Shown here: positions 51,368 to 64,000 of the stretch, piece by piece | Position numbering within the stretch: the stretch's first letter is position 1 | Layout of the letters: each line of letters opens with the position of its first letter | Source of the DNA: Tubiluchus corallicola | Lineage: Eukaryota > Animalia > Priapulida | Direction of reading: 5' to 3' | DNA: 64,000 nt | Assembly: GCA_030141605.1 (NCBI GenBank) | Contig: JAQGDQ010000005.1 | Span: 488,607 to 552,606 of the forward strand | Position numbers and translations under genes: made by a program | The notes under the pieces: generated by a model | The model's input: only the letters and a program-made list of their open reading frames with translations | What the model was told of the DNA's origin: nothing | Database searches by the model: none

Positions 51368-54300
51368 ACTGGCACCTTGTAATTGAAAGTTCTGTATTGA
51401 TAACTTAATAAAAATAATGATTTGAATTTTTTGTTTTAGCAGATTATGATGAAACCCATTTTGTGTTGTTCTGTTTTTTCCAACTGAGCTTATCTACATT
51501 AATAACTGCTCTAAGTCTTCATACTTCCCACTGCAGCATTACTAAATTTATTTTAAGCACGCATGACACATTTTCTTTGAAATTTCCTAGTTACAAGAAA
51601 GTTATTCACCAGTACTTTTAATTGCAATTTTTTTCTGCTGTTCCTGTTATGTTTATTTGTCTTGAGTACTATAGTTTTTACAGTATATGAAAATATCTGA
51701 CATGTTACAAGTTACTCCAACAGCTAGAAAAGTTATATTACCAATATTACCTATATTTTCAAGCGGTTTGAAAGGATCAATATTTCATTAAGATATTTTC
51801 AGAATTAGGAGCCTACTTTTATGTAAGCAATATTAGCTAGTCTTTTCGTAAGAATTGCACAGAATAAACATGTGCACACATACGCCACAAAATCTTCTGA
51901 TGTAGCACTTTCATAATCAGATTATAAGGCATATTGTTGAAAGACTGGTGGGTAATTTTTCATTATGCCATTTGGTTGGTGGTAACTAACTCAAAAATAT
52001 AACAAAGACTGACAACTGATATACATAAAATATACTGTGCGAAAAGTTATTTTTATAAACTGTTTGTAATAATTATTAACTTGGTTTGGCATATTGTATA
52101 TTAACATAGTTGAGCTACCTTTAAAATGTAGTACACTCACTACACTGATACAAGAATTACAGTTAAATATTGTTTCACAGCAATGAAAGAAAAGAAAAAT
52201 GATGTAAGCGTACATAGAATGTATGTACTCCAGCTATTTAAATAACAGTTTATAAAGAAATAATGGTTTATAAAGAATCAATAATGAAAGAGTTCAAAAT
52301 AATTATGGTCATAGTCTGCTGTCGTACTGATTTCCTCTTCTGTGTGGATCGGAGAAATAAGTTGTTGCCAATGAAAATGAAGCGTGGCATGAAGCCTATA
52401 AAAACAATTAATAAACTATACATTATGCAATGTATAATTTTACAAACGTTCAAAATGTCAGCTCTTAAGGCCCGTCTTTCTTGCTATTGGAAGAAACGCT
52501 CGTAAAACCGCTTATCGCTACAGCGAGAAAAAACTCTTGCGAAAAATGTTGGAGTGATGAAAACGTTAATCTCAGCAAGAAGTAATATCACTCTTCAAAA
52601 CGCTGACAAAATGCTGTTGAAAATGGGCTAACGCTGCAACGAGAACAAGCCTCTTGCCATGCTAGAGATGGCTAAGGGTTTTTGCTGCAGGTTGCGTAAT
52701 GTGCATGAACAATGCTAGATACATTACTGTGTAGTCTGCAGTGTAAACTACACGCAGTACATTGCCTAGTGAATAACTTCACTATTTTAATCTAGTACAA
52801 GTGCCATTACCTGACGTATTGATGATTTGCTTTTGATGTGAAGATGTGTGCATACTGCAATTCATTGCATATTATTGCTGATTCCACATGCCAAGAAAAC
52901 AAAGCATTTGAGTGGAAAAAATAGTAAGTGGGCAATGTATTACGTATTATCAGTGAACTAAAACGTATGTTTATGGCACATGGGCCTATACCTGTACAAC
53001 AGTACAAGCAGCGAGAAAGCTGCTTCTGAAAACAATAGGTCATTCTAGAAATTAGAAAACGATATTCATTTTCACTAGCGCGTGAAAAACGGTAGTCAAA
53101 ACGGACCTTTTAGCAATTCGGTTGTAATTAAAAGGTCCAACTAGACATAGCCAGTGTTAGATCTTTGTTTCTCTTTTTTGGAAGTTTTTAAATATTATTT
53201 TTTTATATTTTTCTCCAAAATGACTGATAATCTTGTTGAATATTATTGTAAAATAGCCACATGAAAGAGGTGGTATTTCAGGAGAAGAAAGTTAGACCCT
53301 AAAATTTATATTCATAATTGCTTCTATTTTCAGCAAAAAGCGGGGAGCATAAATAAAGTGCATTTCATTTTCTATTCGTGTTTTTATGGAAAGAGTTTGC
53401 GCAGTAACTGCATATTCATTTTTGTTCTGGTGTTTTGGCTTAACGAGCACATTTATTTCCAAAATCATGATCACTCACTCGTAGTTTCGTGATAACCTGC
53501 CTATGATTTTTGTCCTTAATAATGTTTAGGTATGGCTCTATTTTGTATTAGCATTTTAAAACTCTGTAAAACCTGAGCTTGTCATAATCACCTTTTTTTC
53601 TGATCATCATCATAAATTTCGCTAAAACATACATTTTCGTACCGGGTTTTAGAACTTTGTTCAGGTCTTTGACTTTCTCATTAATTTCTTTGTCATTGAT
53701 TCCTTCTCACATTTTAATTATTTGTAGTTTGGGATAAAATGCAGATCATAGTTTGCACAATGTACATTGGCAAAGCAATACACGTTAAATACTACATAAA
53801 CCGGCTGTGTGCAAAGTTATTTTCATAAACAAATGTTAAGATATGGTATACTGATACTAGCATCACAGTTACATAAAAATTGTAAAACTTAGCAATGGAA
53901 AAAGAAAAATGACCTGAAAGTAGTAGGTATCTGTACCAGCTTTTTAAACGAAAGATTATAAAAAAAAAATAATGAGAGTTAGAGTCTGCTGTCAAAGTGC
54001 TGATTTCTTCTTCCCTAGGAATCGGGAGTTGTGGCCAAAAGTTGCTTGCATTGATGTCGTAGATGTACAGATAGATGAACTGATGTGGATTACGATCCAA
54101 ACTTATGAATACTTAAAGCACAAAGCCTATAAAAATAAAATAAAAAACAATTAATAAAATGTACTCTATGCAATATACAATTATACAGACGTGTCTAAAA
54201 TTTCTTAACTCTTAAGCATTTGAATACTTCAGAGATTTTAATTTAATTAAATTCAGTTTATTCGCTCAAATATGTGTGAAAAAATAATGTACTGGAAAAT

Positions 54301-54372
54301 GGGTTATGATTTATTATAACTATTACACAAAGTACTTGCCGGCTTTTGGTGTCGTGAGACTCACTTCGCGAT

Positions 54373-54380
54373 TGACGTCA
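54373..54380 (+). promoter_or_regulatory. Perfect CRE/ATF palindrome TGACGTCA, 9 nt upstream of the HSBP1 ATG
   Basis: Direct reading, in a locally CpG-containing patch (cttcgcgattgacgtca). Confidence 0.45.
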
Positions 54381-54389
54381 GAGTTCAAC

Positions 54390-55496
54390 ATGTCCGACCA
54401 ACATAGTGACAATAAATTGGTTATAGGAGTAAAATCGGAAAAGACAAAAAATCCAGAGCCTGGATCTGATCCAAAGTCAGTTCAAGATTTGACGTTATAT
54501 GTAAGACATTTATTTTGTGTACCTAGTGTTTTCAAAATATTATTGCAATTTTGCAAATATTAGTAAATTTTTACTGGCCTACAGTACAGTAACGTAACGT
54601 AGCTGTCTATCAAACGTCACCTATCTCTTGTAATCAACGAGATTCATATTATTCTTTCTGCATCACTCATAATAATTAGCAAATCGATTACCTGTTTAGA
54701 TAATAAAATATTTATAGGGGTGATAAACTGCTTTTAAGAACGTCTAGACTATTGGGAATAGGCATATGCATCGATTAGAACTTGGACATATTACTATTAC
54801 TAAGCCTTTTAATTAAATTAATGAATGCAACATTAATAATTCTATTGCTTATTGCCTAAGCCTTGATATTCTGTTCATTTATTTATTATGTCATGCATAA
54901 TTAAAATTCATAGGGAATACTCATCTGCCTCATACTTTGAATATCCATAATGTGCAATGAGTGACTTAATATCTGCAGAGTGAATGAGTGTCATCACTTG
55001 AGGTGGCATAGCAATTCAGTCACGTTGTGTTAAAATTTTGCTTTTGAATCATAATTTGAATTTGAATGGATAGTTCAATCCAGGTATCCAGAACTTAAAA
55101 TACTGTTGTAATATGGTAACTATAACTGGCGTTTCTTGCAGTTTAGGTAGTAGTGCAAATTATTCGTGAATATGTGCACATGTAATATGCCAGTTTAGTT
55201 TAGTTTTTTGCTTAGGTTTCTTTCTAAGTCAATGACTACAGCTATAATAATACTACCTGGAACTGCAAATGTACCTAGTAATTTCTTTGAAAAGGTGTTT
55301 TGCAATATTTGTTTGAACAGATATATATTATATATACATGATATACAAAAACAGATATATACAAGAAGGTGTCGTTCTATTTGCATATATATATATATAT
55401 ACATATATGTGCAAATAGAAGGACATATATTTGTTTTTTTAAATAAAGAATTATAATAATATATAGTATATAGCATCCTATATACGTATATATTAG

Positions 55497-55543
<47 letters not shown>

Positions 55544-58419
55544 ATTAGAAATATATATATATATATTTCTAATTTTGAAAACATTACAGTGTTCCCTTGC
55601 TACTTCGCGGTTTGTTTATCACTGACTCGCTGTTTCGTGGGTTTTCAAAAATATTAATGTAAAACATTTATCGCGGTATTTTCGCTGTTTTGCGGGTTTT
55701 TGCGGTATTCCGTGTTGAAGTATTTTTGCACATGTGTAGTAAGTATTGTACAGTAATGTATAGATTTGATGAATTCATCATCATCGTTCTAGCTATAGGA
55801 CATATCTTCAATGGTGAATACCCATATCAAATTTTAAAACTACATATCTAAGTTTAAGAGCTTAAAACATTTTTATGAACATTTAAGTAAAGTTTTTTTA
55901 AAGGTACATGTACAGTATGGGAAAAGTTATTATGGGATTGGGAAAGGGTTATGCATAAGAGTGTGGGGAGGGTTTATAAAGACTTAAAAGAATGTATAAC
56001 TAATAAAATAAGTATAGCATTCCTACTTCGCGGAAATTCACTTATCGCACTTGGACCTGGAACGGAACACCCACGATAAGTGAGGGAACACTGTATAGGT
56101 AACATTGTTATCATTTGGCTATTGCTACTTAATATGATGTTAGATTTATATTTAATGCAAAAGTCAGATGTATCTATAATTCTGTATCCCTGTCAATTGC
56201 TTATCATGATTGCTTTTAAACAAATTGCTGACAAGATGCACAAGTGGCTAGAGTATTTGCAGTAGTGGAGATTCTTTATAGACTGATGTCATTCAATGTG
56301 CTATTGCGAGTATCAAATGTATTATTGTGAATAAGACAAAGAGTTATATGCAGGTATGTTGCGAACCGGTTGGCTGTAAAATTATGAGTCTTAGCCACTG
56401 CATAATAAGTTAATATAGTGTTTGTCTTTAACTGATCACAGTTTAATTATAATCAGTGATTAATAGTACTGAGTAAACTATATGAATTATATGCAAAGAA
56501 CTTTTTATATTTAGGTTCAAGATTTGCTACAAGGAATGCAGGACAAGTTCCAAACTATGTCTGATCAAATAATTGGACGAAATATCCTTTTTTCAGCAAT
56601 TTCATGTGTTAATTATCAAACAACAAAGTAGAGCGTAGAATTTCTTCTGACTTCTCTGAAATTTAGAATCAGACATAGGATAGCAGGATTTTCACAACTG
56701 AGACAAAATTTAAAAATCTTAAGAAGTAGTAAGAAAGTAAGTTTATTAAAAAAACACATAACATTTAAAAGCTGAATTACTGTACACAGACAAATGATGA
56801 AAAATAACTTCAAAATTTATAAGAGATATTATCGACGGATCTTACATAAAAATACATGTATCAAAAAACCTGTCGCGCATTAAAAGCAGTTATGCAAATT
56901 AACAGCGAAATAATCTAACATAATCTTCCAAAATGCTTCTTTTGATTTTCTGTGATCTTTACCATTCACAGTAATCTAATTAATTATTGTAAAGGTGATG
57001 TATTATATTTTTCTTCAATGTATTTTTTTATTTCTAATCAATTTTTAACCCACTTGTTCACTTGTTGCTACGGTTAAATTGTTATGTCTTCATTTTTTTT
57101 AATTTGCTTCCAAATTTTAAGCACAATTTTACTTCAGTTTGCCTTATCCAGCAATTCCAGTTTTAATTTGGCAAGCACATTTTAACACACTCTATAAATT
57201 ATTTTACTAACCCTTTTTTTAAATATTTTAAGTTCTTTAGATTGTGTAGCAGTTATACTTGAGTGACAGACAGAGCAAGTGCATTTTCTAAAATGGGAAG
57301 AATATATGTAATATATGTTTGAATTAGATCAACATTGGTTCTGCCTGAGCATCTCAGAACTCTTAAAATTAACAGTCTGCTGGCAGCTTTTGAGACTAAA
57401 GGTTCATCATGAATATCCCACTTATTTTTCTGATTATTTTCCATAAGTCCTGTAAGTTAGGATCATGAAACTCACAGGCTGGATAGTCTTGTGTGGGGAA
57501 AGGGTAGGGTCTGGTCAAGGTAAGGTGTAGCAGATGTTGTTCCATTACTCCACATCTCCTCCTAGGGCTTTCACATCTTGTAAGCTTTTTACTAGTATTT
57601 GAGTATTATGGGTGACATTTTATTACCTGGGTGGTTTTATTACTTGACATTTTAAAAGCTGGGACACTTTAAGGTCTGGAGATAGGATCCAAAATCTTCT
57701 TCTAGGCTTTTTTTCATTTTTTCCACAAGTATTTAGGCATTGTGGGGTAGATGTGTCCTTAGGGTTTTAAAAAGCTGGGATTCCTTAGGGCCACAGATAG
57801 GAGCTAAGGCCAGAAACATTTACTGCATCTCTAAGATGGCTTAGGTGAAACAAGAAAGCGGTAGAGGTGTTTTTGTTAAATTTGAATGGTGCATCAAAAT
57901 AGAAAACTGAGGGCAGGATGTCCTGAAGTATTTTTCCCAGCACTTACCCATAGATCATTTTACTAACTATCATGTCATTTTGTCTATTTCGGTGCATGCA
58001 AACATAAGTATGGTAGTAATTAGCCATCACCAGTTTTCCTATGGAATAGAATGGAAAATTAGCTAAATGCGCCTCACAGTTATATCTTTCCCTCTGCAGT
58101 GACTGCAGTCCACCTTCCTTAGTCATAGTACTTGAGTTGTACTGTTGTCCACTTGCAGAATTTTGCACGTGGTTAAAATTATCTTTCAGTCTTAGCCAAG
58201 GCACAGCTCTTGATGACAATTCATGTATGTTATTCTGTACATGAGAGCTGCAGTGTTGTAAGGGCAGCTGTTAATTTTCACATGGTGTATGCTTCATTAT
58301 TGTTAAACTTTCTTAATGACATCTGTGTACTAGATGAAATGGGAAAAAGAATTGATGATCTAGAAAAAAATATAGCAGATTTAATGACTCAAGCAGGAGT
58401 TGATGAAGGAGAGAAATAA
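54390..58419 (+). CDS. HSBP1: Heat shock factor-binding protein 1, 88 aa, 3 coding exons
   Basis: Exons 54390-54500 (MSDQ...[12 protein letters not shown]), 56515-56581 ([22 protein letters not shown]), 58331-58419 ([29 protein letters not shown]). Intron 2 is AT-AC. Confidence 0.95.
55502..55566. repeat. (TA)n microsatellites
   Basis: Direct reading. Confidence 0.9.
55587..56093. mobile_element. Tc1/mariner (pogo/Tigger-like) MITE in HSBP1 intron 1
   Basis: TA|CAGTGTTCCCT ... AGGGAACACTG|TA (11-bp perfect TIR, extending imperfectly), with internal tcgcgg motifs. Confidence 0.85.
56582..58330 (+). other. U12-type (minor spliceosome) AT-AC intron of HSBP1
   Basis: Donor ATATCCTTT, branch-site-like TTTCTTAAT at 58309-58317, terminal ...GTAC. 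Splicing restores the conserved IIGR-IDEM frame. Confidence 0.93.
57440..57830. repeat. Copy of the interspersed repeat family seen at 6760-8140
   Basis: aagtatttaggcattgtggggtagatgtgtccttagggttttaaaagctgggattcc matches the unit at 6808/7251. Confidence 0.6.
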
Positions 58420-61151
58420 CCTTAGTCTGCTTCACTGCAACTTCAGGTAATGTAACTAACTTTTTAACTTGTTCTGTTACAAGAAACCGCCAGTGACTAT
58501 TTCAAATTTCAACGTGTTTGTTAAATGGAAACAACATAAGAGTTTTAATTGGTTTGGAACAGATTTAGATGGAAACTTGCCTTGAGTGCTACTGTTGTAA
58601 TTTTTCATTTTGATGGTCAAATTATTATCTGACAATGAAAGATCATTTTTTGTTTTTAAAGTTTTTGAAATCTTGCACAGACAAATTAGTTTTTAAACAG
58701 TAAGGTTAATTTTGATTAAATTTTGTGTGGTGTAGCACTTATAGTCTGAAGAAGATAAAATGTGTTACTGTGGCTTCAAATGTTCAGGGTCACCTGTATG
58801 AAAACACAACAGCAACGGCTAGTGTATGATTTAAACACATTAAGCAAATATTACGAGAATCTGGAGACTACAGGTCATGGTGGAGAGTAAAAGTCACACT
58901 AGTAAACAGTAAAACTTAAGTGACTCTGTGTGACTCTGCCTATAGAATTGTAACTAAATATCCCACTAATAATTTGTGCTCTTAAATATGAAATTCTACA
59001 TCTAAACATAATGATTTTGCTATCTCACATTTGATATAGCTTTGCTATTACTATTGCTATTGCTCCCAATGAAACTCTTTTATGTCTTAATACCATACAT
59101 TATTCTAAATTTGTAATTTACATCAGAGTGTACTTTTTCTTTTGAATAACAGGAAAGTTATGATGGTTTCGAAGTACCATCTCATAATTTTCTTTTCTAC
59201 TTCTTCCACAAAAGATTTATGCTGGTAGGAGAAGCAGACTGTATATGAATTCTCCACGGCACTATGCTAACTTGTAGATAACCGATCATCAATTATGTTA
59301 GTCAGAATAAGATAAGTAATAAATTTTTTCCATGCTTTTTGCATAGATAAATTTATGCTGTATGTTAGATATCTTAGCCATATTTTATGTCGTTAATTTC
59401 TGTTGCACCTAGTTGGAATGGTATCACATTACGAGTGTGTACTGAGGCATACAATAAACTTGTGCCAGCTCTACATTATAATTAATGTATGTTTCGATCA
59501 TGCAACTGTAATTCTTATGGGTTACAAAGACAACTTACATATTTTCTTGTAAGGTCAGTCAACACAGCTACAGACTGCACATTGCTCAGGATACTGTTAA
59601 TTGTGGGAGGAGTAACTGTTTACTACATTACACTTTTTTCGTTTTCTCACCTGCTGTTTATTTATACTGAAGATCAGATCTAGTCCTATAATTTTTCATT
59701 TGCATGAACTTTTGTGCCAACTAATTTAATATTTAAATTTTGTGAATTGTGCAGCATTTTTTGGAAAAGGCTAACAAAAATGATAATAAAGCATGTTGCA
59801 ATGCAGCATTATGATATGCATAAAGAATATTGCCTAATATTCAGTGCTTGCTTCAGACAATTTCTGAGTGGTCTGTTGCTTGTCTTTTGCCAGTAAAATA
59901 TGGTGAATTATTATATTTGTCAATGTCATGTCAAATTTTTTATTAGTGACTTGTTAGTTAAGTGTCTAAACATTTTCTGTCTTGTTAATTTCATTGCCAT
60001 TAATTTCAAGTAAAATAAGAATGTTAATTTGTTTTCTGTCTTGACATTTTTGTGTTATAATTTTTATTTATGTTATGATGAACTGTGATTATTATGTTGT
60101 TGTCGTTTAATCTGTACGCAAGTAAGTAAATCAAAGGTACATGTAACAAGCTTGTTTCATTATTAAGAAATTGATATAAAGATCAATTCTGTAGATGGCA
60201 GTGTTATGCTAAACAAATCATTGAATTTTGGTGCAACTTATTGTAACTACCTGGTTGTCTTTTAATTCAATATCTGTAATTCAAAAAAGGTTTAAAAAAA
60301 TTAGCAATTCACTGGGTTAACAAAATTTTAATAGTCAGCCTGTAGACTTCAGCAGTGTTACGACTTTTATTAGTCATCACACAGCTGTTGTACTGTACTG
60401 CACATCAAAATACTGTAACAATAATCAAAGTTGAGCAACTAAGAAAAAAATAGTTAATTAATTAATGACATGGCAACGGGCGTCCTCATGATCGTTATTA
60501 CTTGTAAATATATAGACGTATTGTCTGAATTGTAATTTTTATTCTGTGATTCATAATATTTATATAGGGTGCATTAAGTCGGAGCCTTGTTTCTTTTTTG
60601 TTATACTAAGTAAAGTGATGTTACCGTTGCCAGCTACAGACTTTTTCCTTAAATCATTTAAGTATTGTAACATACTGCTGTAAAACATTCACAGATATTC
60701 ATTAGTGTTTGGATTTTAATAAAACCAACGTTTTGCACACTGCTGTGTTTCATACTTTACTACAGATTGTACTATAAGTAATGTTAAGCCCATGAAGTGA
60801 TAGTTGGTCGACAATGAGTGAAGCTTTAAAAATAAACTAAGCTACAATGCTTGATGTCCTAAAAAAAGGTGCACCTAATCTTAGATTTCAAAAAGATGAT
60901 AAATACAGTGTTTTATGAGCTCGTATACTCAAATTTGAAAGCTAGCTAACATTGTAAAAAATCAGCTCTTTACCATCATATCTTTACTTGAATTCAGTAA
61001 GGCACTTGAAATCCTGGCAACGAATTAGTTGAAAAAACATGCACTACAAAATTATATAAGAGTAACAAAATACAAAGTGAAAATAAAATTTGCCAAGTTA
61101 TATTTGAATTATTATTGTTGTTGTTATCGTTATTTTTGTTATTATTATCAT

Positions 61152-61924
61152 NNNNNNNNNNNNNNNNNNNNNNNNNNNNNNNNNNNNNNNNNNNNNNNNN
61201 NNNNNNNNNNNNNNNNNNNNNNNNNNNNNNNNNNNNNNNNNNNNNNNNNNNNNNNNNNNNNNNNNNNNNNNNNNNNNNNNNNNNNNNNNNNNNNNNNNNN
61301 NNNNNNNNNNNNNNNNNNNNNNNNNNNNNNNNNNNNNNNNNNNNNNNNNNNNNNNNNNNNNNNNNNNNNNNNNNNNNNNNNNNNNNNNNNNNNNNNNNNN
61401 NNNNNNNNNNNNNNNNNNNNNNNNNNNNNNNNNNNNNNNNNNNNNNNNNNNNNNNNNNNNNNNNNNNNNNNNNNNNNNNNNNNNNNNNNNNNNNNNNNNN
61501 NNNNNNNNNNNNNNNNNNNNNNNNNNNNNNNNNNNNNNNNNNNNNNNNNNNNNNNNNNNNNNNNNNNNNNNNNNNNNNNNNNNNNNNNNNNNNNNNNNNN
61601 NNNNNNNNNNNNNNNNNNNNNNNNNNNNNNNNNNNNNNNNNNNNNNNNNNNNNNNNNNNNNNNNNNNNNNNNNNNNNNNNNNNNNNNNNNNNNNNNNNNN
61701 NNNNNNNNNNNNNNNNNNNNNNNNNNNNNNNNNNNNNNNNNNNNNNNNNNNNNNNNNNNNNNNNNNNNNNNNNNNNNNNNNNNNNNNNNNNNNNNNNNNN
61801 NNNNNNNNNNNNNNNNNNNNNNNNNNNNNNNNNNNNNNNNNNNNNNNNNNNNNNNNNNNNNNNNNNNNNNNNNNNNNNNNNNNNNNNNNNNNNNNNNNNN
61901 NNNNNNNNNNNNNNNNNNNNNNNN
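61152..61924. other. Assembly gap (N run) flanked by (TTA/TTG/TCA)n simple repeats
   Basis: Run of N. Confidence 1.
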
Positions 61925-63120
61925 TTCATCATCATTACTAGAACTACCTAGATTTATTTTTGCCTGCATCGGTTTTGTCATTGCCTCGCTTGTAGTGGTT
62001 GAGTGGTTTCAACTTTAAATTTCAAGCTGCAGAAGTTGGTGTGCAAAATGCAGCCAACATAGTGCGCATTAACGCAGAGAAATCGTGTTCTTGGAATGGA
62101 ACCAAGATGGTCGCCTCCTTTAAAGCCAGGTTGCTATATTTTAAGGCGGGAATCGAATTATCAGTTCAATTCGCGTTTATTGCAGAAATACTTAAATTAC
62201 AGCGTGGATAGGGATTATGCGTAAATGACCGCTTTTTGTCCCTCTAATCTTCTCTGGATGCTTTAATTACGTTGGATATTCTAGTAGATAGTTGAATATT
62301 ACAGACTACAGTGGCAAGTTCTCCCTCTACACATTATTTAAAAAGACAAGTAAAAATCTGAATTGTAGATAATCGGTGACCATAGCATAGTTGATTGTGT
62401 TTTTACGAGTCATTATATGTCATAACATCGTGCATATAGATACTTTATCATGGCTTGCCCTGCTGAAATGAATTAATTAATCAGTCATAGCTGCATAGAT
62501 TTAAATGCCTTTTGTGCGTAGTCACATCATTGATTTTTGACAAGCATCCGTCTTCTCATACTGATATTTTGGCGTTATAGTTTGAATCACCTATACTGCA
62601 TTAATCGCCTGTCTTACTATCTGATCAAAATAAAGCCGATGCACAGACTACGTGCATCTGTTAACTGCTATTTTGCATTAGACATAACATATTATAAATT
62701 AGCAATAATGTATAGTACAGAACACATTTAATACTAAAAGATATTTTGATCCCTTGACAACTGTATTACCGGGATTCGATTACACACTATTACTCAAGTT
62801 TATTAGGCTTTAGGGTCATTTGCTTAGTAGTTCTTGTGAATTGACAAAACTTACGTCAGAGTTTTAATTGTATTTTAGTTGCTAAAGCAGTTTCAAATCC
62901 TCACGCAGTTTCTTTGTGCTTTTTTCTACTCTTGATTTGTTGCAGAAGTTATAGAAATGCTCCACATAATTTATGATATAATCTACACCTGAAAGATGTA
63001 ATGTCGTCGTATGTGCATAAGTTAGTAACACGCAAAAGCTGCACACTGTCTTGGTAGCAAGCAGATCTTGCATTTACTTTGCTTGATTATTGCGGCTGAT
63101 TTTCAAAGTAACTCGACACG

Positions 63121-63276
63121 ATGATGGAATTTGACTATGATGATTATGGATATGATCTGCTTGATGATGATATGTATGATGACTATAATTCAATGATGCA
63201 CAATTACATGTCTGATGAAGACGTTCTTCAACATTTGTTACAGCAAGAACCTCATCAGACACTGACATTTACCGAG
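63121..63276 (+). CDS. Probable first coding exon of an unidentified gene with an acidic D/Y-rich N-terminus
   Basis: MMEFDYDDYGYDLLDDDMYDDYNSMMHNYMSDEDVLQHLLQQEPHQTLTFTE ends at the donor gag|gtatgt. Upstream acceptor ttgttgcag at 62945. No secure downstream exon was found in the window. Confidence 0.5.
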
Positions 63277-64000
63277 GTATGTGTGATGTACATTAGGTAC
63301 TTGAGAAATTTTTGATTGGGTACAGGTCATTAGTATTATTTAATAATATTAACTAAGTAATTTTTTATACATTGGTGGTTCTGCAAGCCAAAATCTGGTA
63401 CTTAACGGTAGGCCTCCGTAATATAGGAGGCTATGGCAGGACAAAATTTATCTCATTATCACAGATAATCTTATACAATGAGTTCCTAAATTTCCAGAGG
63501 TGTCTTAGGCATGTTCTGCTGCATACTCATTTTTTCTACTGTCCAGGGGCTGGATTCATGTGCTGTACTTATGACAGTTTCGTTGTCTTAAGTGGCATTT
63601 ATACACTGTCGTAAGTGCAGCGTGGAAATATTTTGATGGAATTCATGTAGACGTCTTATCTCCTTAGATGCACCCTGGTCACGACTAGCTTCCGCGTGAC
63701 TAGAAAAGGTAAGCAGAATTCAAGTAAATGGCTTAAGTTGCATTTAGTCGTGTATGACTTTGTGCGGATTCATTAAACAAAATTTTGTCTTAGCTGCACG
63801 TCTAACTTTATGGCACCTCCGAAGTTGTTGTAACTCCAAAAAGAGTGCTGTTACATTTCAAAAATCATAAAATGGTTGGTAATACTTGTAAATACAGTGG
63901 CGGTAGTTACTAAGTTAATATTTTACTAAGCAATTAACCAATAATAAACTATCATCCACTTCATTTATAGGAATTACTGTGCCCAATTTTGAGTGCAAAG

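Noticed and set aside
51446-51487. C/D-box snoRNA (ATGATGA...CTGA) downstream of RPS18
   Set aside because: Only ~42 nt between boxes, no terminal stem, no recognisable rRNA guide, and not intronic.
52230-53660. Possible DNA-transposon remnant between RPS18 and HSBP1 (repeated cagcgagaaa motifs)
   Set aside because: I could not define TIRs, a TSD or coding similarity, so it is not supportable as a feature.
60994-62018. Four long ORFs of 277-329 aa
   Set aside because: Artefacts of translating the N gap.

Overview
AT-rich, intron-rich animal (invertebrate-type) genomic DNA with one assembly gap (61152-61924). From left to right: (1) a 5'-truncated, 37-exon gene (<1-37452, +) of more than 2,900 aa encoding a NO VEIN (NOV)-like protein. 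It has an N-terminal LOTUS/OST-HTH-like domain, a sacsin-type GHKL/Hsp90-like ATPase and a C-terminal DUF3883 PD-(D/E)xK nuclease-like domain, and I could splice all 37 exons in phase by hand. Its introns hold MITEs, minisatellites and a decayed BTB-BACK retrocopy. (2) GFOD1/2-like oxidoreductase (3 coding exons, -). (3) A ~4.85 kb pile of nested transposon relics (hAT-type MITEs, LINE fragments). (4) RPS18 with an uninterrupted CDS (+). (5) HSBP1 (+) with a minor-spliceosome AT-AC intron. (6) The probable first coding exon of an unidentified gene at 63121. The best candidate for an undescribed system is the LOTUS + GHKL ATPase + nuclease architecture of the NOV-like protein. All family calls come from motif recognition by eye; no database searches were run.
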